A stretch of DNA of 43,406 bases, filler included, from Lenisia limosa (taxonomy: Eukaryota > Protista > Breviatea), in the NCBI GenBank assembly GCA_001655205.1. It is 7 parts of 7 records of this genome, joined end to end, with 100 filler letters (N's around TTAATTAATTAA, not from the genome) between each part and the next. Parts side by side here need not be neighbours in the genome. Positions count along the whole stretch, not along the records: positions 23,704 to 31,157 come from LPNZ01000589.1; positions 31,258 to 36,138 come from LPNZ01004509.1; positions 36,239 to 43,406 come from LPNZ01000089.1; 4 more parts are not named here. The stretch is one strand, 5' to 3'. A model generated the notes under the pieces. The model was not told the DNA's origin. It saw only the letters and a list, made by a program, of their open reading frames with translations, and did not search any database. Positions 24,043 through 36,300 of this stretch are shown one piece after another. Position 1 is the first letter of the stretch, and the number at the start of each line of letters is the position of its first letter. Position numbers and translations under genes: made by a program.

Positions 24043-24110
24043 GAATATCATTGAGACTTGTCGGTCAATTACCATACGAGTGGATATGAGGTATCATATC
24101 ACTGCGTGGA
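24043..24110 (+). repeat. Dispersed repeat, copy B
   Basis: Core at 24074-24102. Confidence 0.75.
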
Positions 24111-24698
24111 CAGATCCAAAAAGAGATATGCTATCGAGGCTTATAATAATAAAAAAGATGTAAACTGCGTTCCAAAAGCCAGCCTTAGACAAAGACAACC
24201 AACATCCTTTGACAAAGCCAACCTTTGACATAGACAAGCGAACTGCCATGGGCTGAAAAGACTTTCCCGTCCAAACCCGTCGGGATGGGCTATCGTGTTA
24301 GAGCTAGTGATACTATCAAGATTGTTAATCATTATCCTAAAAACGAGTTGAAGTGAAGTCGTAATGATAACTAATCATTTTATTCTTTACTCAAGAAACT
24401 AACTTGTTTTTTGGTCGTTTGGTTGACGACCAGATAATATATCATATGATATTACTAATTCTACTAAAACATGTTACCGTCGGTTCAATAAAACTGGGAA
24501 ATATCGAATAGTTATTGAGACCTTGTAAACTGTTTTACAGGCAATTAATTGATTACTTGCCGGATTTTATAGCAGTTGACAGCACGAAGAATATCATGTG
24601 TTAACCTACAAGCTAGACATTCTTTCAAGCTGTCACACATACTATAATTTTACATTAAGTACACCACAATAGATTGAACTATGCACAATGCCACCGAC

Positions 24699-25170
24699 CT
24701 TCATAACACCATCATCGAACAAAGGCCACTCTTGCTCGAAATTTTGGCCGAAGAGATAGACGTCTGAGTCGAGGTTGAGGTGATCCACTTGCGAAAACGA
24801 CCAAGCACAAACAACACCTAAGTACCATAAACCTAGGAATAATACCATGTCGGAATCGTGCTGTGTTGCATTTTAGAAAATCTTAGAATATAATGACCTA
24901 CAGAGTAGCAGAAGAAGGGCACGCAGCATGCCTGCGGCAGAGGATTTTGCAATCGTCATTGTTTAAAGTGATTTTTACTGTTTCATCTTACATGCTTTTC
25001 TTTAATACTTGATTGCTTTCATCGCTCTAGCATAAAATTCCTTCCAATCCAGATTCCACAGTCATTCACAAATTTTTACCAAAATAATTCTGGGGATATA
25101 TCCCACCACAAATAACCCTCTTTCTTCGTCATCTCCAGCTCCAGCCCCTTCTTCATCAGCAACAAAACAA
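24699..25170 (-). CDS. Exons of an unassigned, probably membrane, protein
   Basis: Exon 24832-24699 has clean AG/GT ends (GLWYLGVVCAWSFSQ...PLFDDGVMK) and joins in phase to ACCVPFFCYSV. The full model is unresolved. Confidence 0.35.
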
Positions 25171-25355
25171 GAAATCTGCAAAAAAAAACACCGCAAAACT
25201 GCAACAAGGCAACAAGAATCTCAGAGAGTTAGTAACACAATTTCACAGCAGGAGCAAACGATCACACACACCCTCTGTGACCTATCACAAATTAACGAAA
25301 GGAAACTTGTAGTTACGTGTAGAAGTTCCGGAGGTTTAACACACCCCCCGCCAAT

Positions 25356-28300
25356 ATGTCGGAACCAAAGAAAGAAAGTATGCTCTTTTTTCTTTATAAA
25401 AAAAACTACCTTTCTTTCAAAGAAAGTAGGTATTTTGAAGTATGACGCTGCCTTTTTCTGTTGTTGCTGATTTTTGTTTTATATCCACCTTTTTTGGTTG
25501 AAATATTCTCTGATTATCTACATGGGGACATGAAACTTGGAGGTATATATATAATCGTTCTGATTCACCAAATAAGTATGAAAGTGAATCTCAATGCACA
25601 CATATACAATGGTTTTATGATGTTCTGCGTTATTAATTCTAGGTGTCCCAACCACTCTCTGTCTTGGCGCCATTTCACGAATGTTTTCAAGTTTGAGGGC
25701 ATTTGAATGGACTTCTTGCAGGAAATCTGTCATAATATGCATTGCTACATGTAATTGCTATACCGTTTGATATTTACCAATAGAACCACTAATGGTCTCA
25801 TTTATTCTGTTTCTCATTTCTACATATTGTTTTCCAGCCCAACTGCCAAAATTGAAACCCTCTGTCTCTTCTTACCTCCCAGCCACCGTTCTAGCACCAG
25901 TCGACGTTATCAAAACTCGAATTATGTTCCAAGGTTTGTGGCTGGAAAATAATACGAGACACGTCAAGATTGGAGGCAAAGACATTCTCAAAGTTTTAAA
26001 GCAACCGCCCAAATCTGGCTATAACATTCAGGCAACATGACCAACGTCAGACGGTACGGGCAACTCACACATGCCTTCCGCGATCTAGTAGCGGAAGAAG
26101 GTCTCCGGGGATGCTTTCGAGGGCTCTCGACGCGACTGGTTTACGTTACCCCGGCTGCGGTATGTGGAGTGATGAATAAAAGTGGATTTATTGGCTGAAA
26201 TTATTGTTTTGAACATATTATTGATTGTCAACTGTTTATTTAACATTTGTGTAATACAGCATGGTATACTACAACACCATATCATCTTATAGTACATATT
26301 ACACTGTTTCTTGCGTGAGTCTTTATTCTATACTTATTAGAGGTTCATTTTAGGTTCCAAATAAGAATGAAACCTCGATAAATCCTGGATAAATCCTCCA
26401 TAAATGTCGATATTTTACACGGCTTTTTGAACCGAAATGTGAAGCCGTCGTACTTACACCTCCCAGCTCATGTCATTTGGATTCTATGAGGCAATCAAGA
26501 AGAGGGCCCAAAACGACTCTGGTGTTTTCTGTGGGTTTATATCACATTTGAGTCATTTTCACGAACATTTTCTGACTTAGTGGTCATTTTCTAAAGTATC
26601 ATATCACATTGGGTCATTTTCTTAACTCTCTTCTTATTATTTGGTCCAGGACTTATCTTGGTCACTCCACGTCTAAAAAATCTAGGTGTATAATTAATCC
26701 ATTTAACATACTAATCTAGGAAAAATAATCAATTGAATATTATCCAGGTATTAAGTAATCTATCGAATTATTTCGTAGGGCCGACAATCAGCTGGATTGG
26801 CCTCAGAGTCAGTATCACCTTATTCCGAAACCCGTTTGATGTGGTGCGACAGCGAATGCAAGTGGGAAGGGGAGTTGCAGTTCATTAAACGAAATATTTT
26901 AATTTGAATTGGGACATATTGTAACCTTGATTCAAATCTGTCGGTTACTTCTCAAAAAATTATTGCACGAATTCCTCGAAGTACACCACTTTTAAGAATC
27001 CTAGCTTGAATTGCTTTTCGATAACAAAAATACAAAAATAAAATCTAGGGATAAAGGTTTTTCACAAATACAGGTGTCACATTCCATCAGCAAAGGCGAG
27101 CAAATGTCAATTTCTTCCATTATTAAAGAGGCGGTTGTCAAAGAGGGTTTGCTGGGCTTCACTTTGATCTAAAAACAACATAAGTCCTCTGTAAATGTCA
27201 CTTTCCCTGTTGTCATCGATATTTTACCTGTTTTAAATTGATGTTTGATTTTTATGTAAAACTCCTCTCTCATGAACCTTTTTTGGAGGATAACCTTTAA
27301 CCAGCATTTTACATTTGTACTCCCCCCGCTGGAGTGTGGGATCTGGTACTGCTTTGCTGTTTTTAACCCTTGTGTGTTTTCCAACAGAGTTGTTTCTGGG
27401 TTTTGTTTGTTTCATCCTATTTGTTTTTTTAAAATACCTGCTTTGATGGGATGCGGTAGAAGTGACTGGTCTGGGCTTTGTTTGTTTTCTTGTTCTCAAC
27501 CTTAGTTGACCGATTTTCACGATTTTCACACCCTATCAGGCCGAACCGGGCTTAATAACGGCTTTGTCATAACACTCCTCCGCGACCTTCCCTTCGCCGC
27601 CGTATATTACTCCTCCTACGAGGCCTTCAAAATGCTCTATACTGCCCTGCCCAGGCCGGGCACCCCAATGTCGCCGCCGGAAGCGTCGGAAGCCAAGTCC
27701 TTCCGATTCCTCCGAAGCCACTACCGCCCCGCCGCTAAAACACCGCTTTTGCCAGCCTGGGCAATTCCGATGTTGTCCGGCGCTTCCGCGGGTGCTGTGG
27801 CCTCTACTCTCACTCTCCCGGTGGATGTTGTCAAGACTAGGGTGGGGGGGGTGGAGTAATTATTTGCCTTACAAACTCTGTGCTTATCGCTGTGTCATTA
27901 TGGATATGATATCATAATATATTATTGTAAACATTTAGCTCATACTGTAATATATTATATAGGTATATGAGTCTAATATGAAGATGATCCTGATCATTTC
28001 CAGCTTCAAACACAGCTTTCTCTTGGGTCAATACGCTACACCTCCGTGTTTAATGCCTTCTCAACAATTGCAAAAGAGGTTGGGGGGATAATTATGACGA
28101 CCCCGTGTAATTATTCTTTTTGAGGAAATTAATTGACAAAATTTAATTCATATGTCTGATATACAATATGTCATATATATCATATGTTATGTACTATCAC
28201 AGATTATATTGCTAATTTTATCATGATAATATATGGATGATCGTACATTGATAGCCTATGATCAGCTCTCTTCGTTTGTGGTAGTCTCAATACCACCTCA

Positions 28301-28755
28301 TCTGCTCTTCGTTACTTACTTTTCAGGAGGGATTCCGTATATGATAAATAAAACAAGGTTATAGTACTCATTAGAATATAGTATATCACTTTTTGGATCA
28401 TTTCTACACGTGTGAACTATCATTTTCCACACAGTGATATGATACCTCATATCCACTCGTATGATAATTTACCGACAAGTTTCAATGATACTCTGATACA
28501 CTTGGGATGAACCCTCGTGTTATCTTCGTTCACCATTTCGACTTGAAAGTCGGTCATACTGATGGATATGGGACAACATATGATATTCAATTAAATAGCT
28601 ATTAAAAGCTACCCTTACACAGAATCCTAACTTTCTAGGAGGGGATCCGAGGGCTTTACCGAGGCCTCAGCGCCCGACTTTTGTACATCATGCCCGGGGC
28701 GGCAATCACATGGGTGTCATACGAGTCTTTGAAGAACCTTATGAACGTGAAGTAG
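25356..28755 (+). CDS. Mitochondrial carrier (SLC25), SAM/amino-acid carrier-like
   Basis: Multi-exon model from ATG 25356 to TAG 28755 with three carrier signatures (PVDVIKTR, PFDVVRQR, PVDVVKTR), EGxRGxxRG segments, and RD in helix 4 (LLRDLPF), typical of SAM/amino-acid carriers. Confidence 0.92.
26343..26447. mobile_element. Mini-MITE family copy in an SLC25 intron
   Basis: Ends TTCATTTTAGGTTCCAAAT / TTTTTGAACCGAAATGTGAA resemble the 29821 copy. Confidence 0.55.
28423..28560 (-). repeat. Dispersed repeat, copy C, in the last SLC25 intron
   Basis: Core at 28434-28462. Confidence 0.8.
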
Positions 28756-29138
28756 TTGTTTAATTGTTTTATGGAATTAAGGAACAGCTTTCATTGCTCA
28801 AAAGCGCCGCTTTGTCATTTCTTTCTTACTATTGTTTTAATAAGTCAGCCAAGTGAGCTAATCAATTTCAATGCAGTAACAAATTGGATTTTTCTTGTGA
28901 CACTATCATTCTTTCATTCATATCGCTCCATGTCTCCATGTATATTATACTCAAGTAGTCCCAGAGTAGTCCTGACTATATCATCATATCTGCATCATCA
29001 TCCCATCATTATTATATTTCCGCGGCCGGAATTGCCTCATGCACCGAATTGTCACAACAAAAGCCCTTTTGCACCTACAACTGCAGTTTATTAAGCCGTG
29101 CTAAACAAAAACAAAGGTGCAGACAACGCTTTCGCACA

Positions 29139-30170
29139 ATGGCATCCAATCAGCCCCTTCTTGATGATAGTGATCAAGACCCGCTGATCTCCCTCGACTC
29201 CAACGAGACCTACATTGAGAACCAGGGAATATGGGGGGCCTTGAAGTCGTCGTACTTTGAATGGAAGGTCCTGATAAAGATGTTCCCGCTGCTAATCCTC
29301 TTCTACTTCGCGACATGGGTGGACAACTGGATCTTGTTCATGGGTATTCCCTTGGTCATGAACTCTCTTTGGTTTGTTGTGGTACCGCTTAGTTTTGCAT
29401 CACACAGAGTTATAAGGCCAATGATTAGGTGAATTAATATTAGGGATACTATAATCCAATATCTCTTATATGCGTGGATCCGTGTTTTATTTCTCATCTC
29501 TCTCTACAGTTCAGTAACAATGCAGGTACCTGGTGGATTGTGTACTTTACGATCTTCTTCTGATCAAGGCGGAGGTAGGCGTAATATCGTTATTGATATG
29601 TTTGTTATATTGCCGGCTTCGGCCAGATAATACCTAGTTTAATAATCATTTTTACATATTGAAAATAACGTGACATCAAAATCCCCCCAATATCACTAAC
29701 CCCCTTATACCCGCTGACATCCCCCCTCTCCCTAGCCTTTCGAGTCAGTGAAGAAAACGCACGAAATTCTGACGAGAAGAGAACCAGTAGTAACCCTCAA
29801 GGTGGGTGCACCCAGGTGGCTTCATTTCGGTTCGAAAAATCTGGGGAAATATCGATAGTTTTCGAGGATTCACCGAGAATTTCTGTCTTTTTTCGAACCG
29901 AAGTGAATCCCTAGTTGCAGGAGCTTTTTTTCAGTAAAGTTGTTTGACATTGTTTCTGTTTTACTTTTTTATTTTTTTTGTTTTTTTGTTTTTTTTGCAT
30001 TATTTATGTTTAGCATTGTTTTACCGTCTCTGATGTTTTTTTTTTTATCAAATTTACTGATTTTTATGATGCAGTGCTATGCCTATCATATGGAGACCCG
30101 TACGAGCACAGATGCGGAGGGCAGAACCACTACACACACTTATGTAGGCAACAAGTACACTCAAGCTTTA
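29139..30170 (+). CDS. TMEM151-like membrane protein, 5' exons (3' end unresolved, to ~31.1 kb)
   Basis: Exons 29139-29371, 29526-29574, 29736-29801 and 30075- are in phase: hydrophobic segment, LWYLVDC, then EPVVTLKCYAYHMETRTSTDAEGRTTTHT, resembling the TMEM151 CYHYETR..TDxEG region. Confidence 0.45.
29821..29907. mobile_element. 87-bp mini-MITE with 19-bp TIRs, in an intron
   Basis: TTCATTTCGGTTCGAAAAA (29821-29839) vs TTTTTCGAACCGAAGTGAA (29889-29907), 18/19 inverted match. Confidence 0.75.
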
Positions 30171-32590
30171 GGTTTCTAAATACGTGTACAATATTGAAAT
30201 TTTTCCGATTTATCGAGATTGCAGTCTTTTTTGGAACCGAAAGGGTAACTCGAAAACACATACTTAGTTTTATATTATATGCCCAAGGTCCAAAATATTG
30301 TCGTTAATTCGAATTAATGTCGTTAATTATTTACGGTCGCCAAATCAGCTACTCCCTTCGAAACAGTAGTATATTTCCGAGATATCCTCACTTTATTTGT
30401 TTATGAAGGGAAGCAGAAAAAAATAACCTATTTTTAACGACATAGTTGAGTGTTTGTACAAATTCCACACACTAATGTTGGCAATAAATACGCACTTCTA
30501 AAAATAAGCAATACGGACCTAATACACATAATTTTCTATCATATAATATAGCAATACCATTTATTGATCCAGAATGGGATTCCCCAGATTTTTAATGTTG
30601 TATATTATTTCTTGTTCAAAAAATCATGACGTACCATACATTTGACATTTGACGTTTTGATCATTTAGCCTGTCACTACATGGGAGCAGAAGACAGCTGT
30701 GCCTTTCGACAAATGGTAAGTAGTGAAGCTTCATTGCGGTCCGAAAATACCTATTTATCGAGGATTTATTGTTAAATTCTGTATTTTGGGGCCGGTGTGA
30801 AGAATGGTGGTCACTTTGATGCCAAATGCAAATGAACATCTATTTTTTTTTTTTGTTATTTTTGGGACATAATTACATGTATACATGTATTACATGTACA
30901 AAACACATTCTGATTATTCCGTGTTAGAGTATGTGCTTGTCCACTTTAAGTCATAGCAACCCCGCAGTTTACCTTCGGCCACATTTATTTGATTTGTCTT
31001 CATAAAGTGTCGTCACTTTTCAGGTGGGACGAGACAGACTCACTTCCTTCAATGGCTTTCGTCACCCTTGCTACTCTGGAGTATTCGTAGGGGGAAATGG
31101 GGACTCATTTAAAAGGGGGGTACTTTTGTGGTTAATAAAGGAACGAAATTTGTACACNNNNNNNNNNNNNNNNNNNNNNNNNNNNNNNNNNNNNNNNNNN
31201 NTTAATTAATTAANNNNNNNNNNNNNNNNNNNNNNNNNNNNNNNNNNNNNNNNNNNNAGGTTAGTTGGAGCATTTTTTTTTTTGCATTTTTATTGCAACT
31301 TTTGTTGGATGTTCCCCACTTGAGAGTCTTCATATTTGACTGCTATTAGGTCATTTGCAGGTCAAGGTTACGCCTGTGCGGGCCACACAATTAACACAGC
31401 AAATGGTGCAATTATTAACCATTTGACTGCCGTCAAGAAGGGGGGGNNNNNNNNNNNNNNNNNNNNNNNNNNNNNNNNNNNNNNNNNNNNNNNNNNNNNN
31501 NNNNNNNNNNNNNNNNNNNNNNNNNNNNNNNNNNNNNNNNNNNNNNNNNNNNNNNNNNNNNNNNNNNNNNNNNNNNNNNNNNNNNNNNNNNNNNNNNNNN
31601 NNNNNNNNNNNNNNNNNNNNNNNNNNNNNNNNNNNNNNNNNNNNNNNNNNNNNNNNNNNNNNNNNNNNNNNNNNNNNNNNNNNNNNNNNNNNNNNNNNNN
31701 NNNNNNNNNNNNNNNNNNNNNNNNNNNNATTCTTGTAAATTGAAATATTGCTGCTGCAACACCATGCTTAATAATATTATATTTACTTGTGAAACACATT
31801 TTTTATTATACAATTAGCTAATACTGCTGTCTTTGTGTGTGAAACGTCTCATCCAATGTATATTCTATCAATATCATAAGAATTGTACATTTACTAGTCG
31901 GGAAGGATAATGGCGGTGTGGATTTTATGAGTCTAGCTAAAAGAGAATGATGATACTCCTTCAAACAACATCGTTTGTCCTGAACACGAATATCGTACAA
32001 AAGGGCTTTGGTGGGGGGAGGGGTAAAATCAATAATCTTGTTTTTTTGTACCTTCTACAATTGGATGTGGGAATATCATTTGCAAATCAACAAATAACCG
32101 CACTACACTGTATTTGCTCAATCCCAAACCAAAAGATACAAAAAAAAGAGATTGTATATATCATACTATGTGTATCTCACTCACAAAATACATACATCAC
32201 ATAAAAATACAACTAGCAGCTCAACATTATCATTGCTTTAGTTCTATGGCGTAATAAGAAGAAACAAAAGGCATTAACATACTGCGGTTTGCCTTGGCAA
32301 TGATGAAGACAACTTGTTTGATCAGGAGAGTGATCTTGAAGACTCCTGAAGCAAGCGGTTTAAGGCTTCGACACTCTAATATCGTCATTACACCAGTTGA
32401 GAAAGGATCAGCATAAACAGGAACAAATATATAACAAATATATAACACTTTTATTGGAATGTTGCCCCCCCACTGACTATTTTTATGTAATTTAATTCAA
32501 GCAGTTTTGAATTGTCATTTATTTTATACCATATGCATACATATTTCAATACTATATTATAAAAATAATATCATATATACATGTATATTA

Positions 32591-33209
32591 GGGTTCTCAA
32601 AGCTCCGGACAGCATTCAAAATTTCCCGGACACATCAAAACTCCCGGACAGCTTGAAGTTGACCCCTTGTATGGGTCAATGGTAGTGTTTGTTACATAAC
32701 TGGTTCGACAGATATATTAAGAAAATGACCTCTTAATGTTCCCCCAACTTTTTTTTTTTTACAATTTTGAGCAATGTCAAAAACCCGTAAATTTGGTTTC
32801 CCGGGGGTCCGGGGCCCCTTTTGCCTTTTCACAGGATTTTTTTCTAACTCTTTTAGTGTTTAGAAACAAAAATTTGAACCCCTCGGAGAAATTGGTTCCC
32901 GGGTTCCTCTTTGCTTTGGCTATATAATGGTGAATTTTGAGAGAAAAATGCTCAAAATAGCACCGTCTACAAGGAAAAACTTTCCCGGATAGTTGTAATT
33001 TATTCCTTGAATACGGTCTTTCATACGGTTTTATGTGTTTTTGACAGTATTTGGGCCTTAAACAGAGAGCTGAGGCACTTATTGGTTTTAACCCTACAAT
33101 ATGTAATTGGCGTTTCATCCGATTAATTTCGAAAACAAAAAGGAAATAGGGTTTATGATGATTTTAGACAAGCTGTACGGGAGTTTTGATGTCTGGTGAA
33201 TTTTGAATG
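32591..33209. mobile_element. ~620-bp MITE-like element with CCGGACA motifs
   Basis: 32613-32655 is an imperfect inverted repeat of 33169-33209. CCGGACA occurs three times in the left end. A second left end lies at 17619. Confidence 0.6.
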
Positions 33210-33213
33210 ATTG

Positions 33214-33233
33214 GTGTGTGTGTGTGTGTGTGT
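33214..33233. repeat. (GT)10 microsatellite
   Basis: Seen directly. Confidence 0.95.
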
Positions 33234-34004
33234 CGTATTTATTAATGTCACCCATCCATACCAATTGGTTTATGGCCATTCCCCTTTGCGTCTATTCACC
33301 CTCATCCGCCATTTGTGGGACTCCATGACAAACGCATGATATATTTAGATTGAACCACTGTGAATCAACCGAAATCAAGTGATTTTCTCGACAACATTGT
33401 TAAATCAGTTCATCACAAATAGTTGAACAACAACCAATCCCCTAGCGTAACCTTAATGTTAGTGTCGTGATTCTGTACCCATATTGAAAGTGCATCCTTT
33501 TGTGCTGACATTGAAGAGGGAAGAACACCCGCTTCACTTCGAAATGGCCATTAATGGAAGCCTTCGATCCTTAAAGTTGCCCTATCAACACAGCAATAGT
33601 CACCTGGAGTTTATGTCAGCATTGATAGCATTTTCAGGTAGAGGAGCATTGATTCTCTTTAGTGGTTTAGAGTAACAAACACTTTTCAACACCAACAACT
33701 CACCTGAACTCCCGAGCTGAAGACATCGACAAAGACGACGATGAAGACAACATTGAAAGAAGATTGTGATGATGAAGAGAAGGAAGAAGATCTTTACCAT
33801 GATAACGACAATTTTGATGAAGATGATAAGTGATCATAGTGATTATGGTGATGTTGCCGTCATAACCGCCATGCCTGTACAATACACATTTCTTCTGTTT
33901 CACATAACTAGGAGGGATGGATGGAATGTTCACTACTAGTCATCGTTAATAATATCCATCAAACATTAATAATTTTCGAAAATATACAGGGAATGGGGGA
34001 ATCG

Positions 34005-34210
34005 CTAAGCTGTAGCTGAGAGTTCCATTTTATCCTTCACCTCGGCAAGAAGATTCTGAAGAGTCACAGATAAGGCAGATGTGGGTATTTGTTATCAATA
34101 TGACGATGTGATCACATTGAAATCAGGACCCACGGTGTACTGGGTCAGAAGCTTGTCCTCGTAGTGTTTGTCAGAAGAGTGGTTAGCCAGGCGCACGGCC
34201 TGCTCTACCT
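34005..34210 (-). CDS. Probable 3' exons of an unassigned gene (...KLLTQYT|NLLAEVKDKMELSATA*)
   Basis: Terminal exon 34055-34005 follows a CAG acceptor and is in phase with the upstream exon. Confidence 0.3.
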
Positions 34211-35559
34211 CATTTTTGGCAGACCATTATCCCCTGAACTTGGCCCTGGTCGAACTTCAATTGATGTTGTTGAGACTGCAGAGGACTTTGACAAACGCCA
34301 TCTTGAAGTTGCCGGTAAAATTGCAAAGCCGCGTAGATAAGAGAAACCCAGGATGGATGGAGAAGGAAAAGAATGATGAAGGAGCACGTGGACGTGGACA
34401 TGCCTGCTGCAGACTGGGGGACTTATACATGTATTTTTCTTTTATTGGACGGCCAGCCTGAAAGCAAAATACAGATTAGCCAATCATACAGAGTCGTCTC
34501 CTAAAAAGACCAGCCTGAGAACATTGTTGAGTGATGCTGTGTATTGCTACAAAACAGTTAAATCAGGGAGGAGAAAATGCATACCATTATAATAAGAAGA
34601 GCGGGAAGAGGAAAGAAGGCAAGGAAAATGAATTGGAAGATACCCTACCATTCATTTCAAAGTTCGTGCGGTTTTTAACGAAAAGACTTCTGCAAATTCC
34701 CGGTTTAAAATTTTTGCCTACTGACTGTTCTGGATGGTATTTATGTTCTCCAGTCCTGTTAGAGTTGAATAGTTATATAAATGGGGGATACTGGTCCTAC
34801 TTTTTGGGGGTATAATCTTGACAGCTCGCAACGTCATCGAATCGGAATTTTTTCAAACTTCTTCATTCTCACAGCTGTTGCAGGGATATTTATTACTTCA
34901 ATTGCTCGAATAGTTATTTGACATTATCAGAATAGTAATTATTTAATTTTACGTCCGATAGAGCACCTTATCTTTCTTCAGCTTCTCCATTGATATTAAT
35001 ACATGAACCTTCACTAAGTGTGACAAAACAAAAGCAATGGAATTAATAAACAACAGCTATTTGTCATTAAATTAGAATGGTCGACGGTTCTGTCAAAACT
35101 GTGTTTGCGTATAAAAGAAGAAATACAATAGCATTGATTGAATGACCTACTCACCTCATAAAAGGAGTAAAACAAAAAATAGACTATAAAGACTTTAAAT
35201 TGGACTTTTTCTCCGTCATTGTAGAGTATCATGAAAACGTTAATCACAGATTAACATGAATACAAGGCTTTTTACTTCAAATGGTATTCAATTTGGCAAA
35301 AGCTCAGCAAAGAAATGTGTGATGACGTTGCAAGCCTGTCCAGATTCAAACCTGGACCAGTATCCACCATCATATAGACCTCCTAGCTTCCTGCCAAGTT
35401 CCTTCAAAGGCAAAGTTCCTGAGTAACTGTCATGGGGTTGTGTATTTGACTTAAAGATCTTTTCGTAGAAACAAAATGATAATTATTGATAATCTGTAAG
35501 AACACTCTATAAAGAATAAAAAAAATTATTTAGAAACACTAAAATAGTTCAAATTTTAG

Positions 35560-35765
35560 CCCCCCCTCTATCTATCACCGCCGCCGCCGCCGTCCATTTC
35601 CGCATTTCTCACTACTTCCCATTTAAGACCTCTGAACCACCAACCAGAGGCGGCTACCTTGGCGTGAGCGACCGTCTTACGACAAGTATTAAAACCTGGA
35701 CGGCTCAGAGGGCGTTTAAGGGTCAGGAAGCCAAGCCGATGGATAACAAGAAAATGGTTCTCTAG
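35560..35765 (+). CDS. Probable terminal exon of an unassigned gene
   Basis: AG at 35558-35559, then an open frame to TAG 35763-35765 with raised GC. Confidence 0.3.
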
Positions 35766-36300
35766 CTGAGTCGTATTTGTTTTTTGTCTATTCTTCCATG
35801 AACAATATTGTGACTGTATATCTCTTATTATCAGCATATGCCTTTTGTTTGTGAACTGATAATTATTTATTATGGCTTATATTATAGTGTATGTTCAACA
35901 AAAAAATGTATGCCTTTTTGTTTATCATCTTTTGTTATGAAAAAATACTACTCCACTACTATTCTCTTGATTTTTGAGGAACATCCAATTTTGACCGTGA
36001 TAAAAAACTCGGATATTGTTTAGAGCAGGGACCTGTATACCTTGTGATCTAGAAAAAGTTTTTGGATAAAATACGAAGTTTAGCTAAATTGTCCAATAAT
36101 CAAAACTTTTATTTCTTATATAGGTGACCATACATAACNNNNNNNNNNNNNNNNNNNNNNNNNNNNNNNNNNNNNNNNNNNNTTAATTAATTAANNNNNN
36201 NNNNNNNNNNNNNNNNNNNNNNNNNNNNNNNNNNNNNNTCACTAACCAACACCTTCCTCTCGTTGCGCCTTAATTTTTACAAACTTCATTTGGTGGAACC

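Noticed and set aside
17727-36238. Recurrent TTAATTAATTAA palindrome as a biological motif
   Set aside because: It always sits centred in N runs and carries stops in all six frames, so it is an assembly spacer. Adjacency across these joins is unproven.
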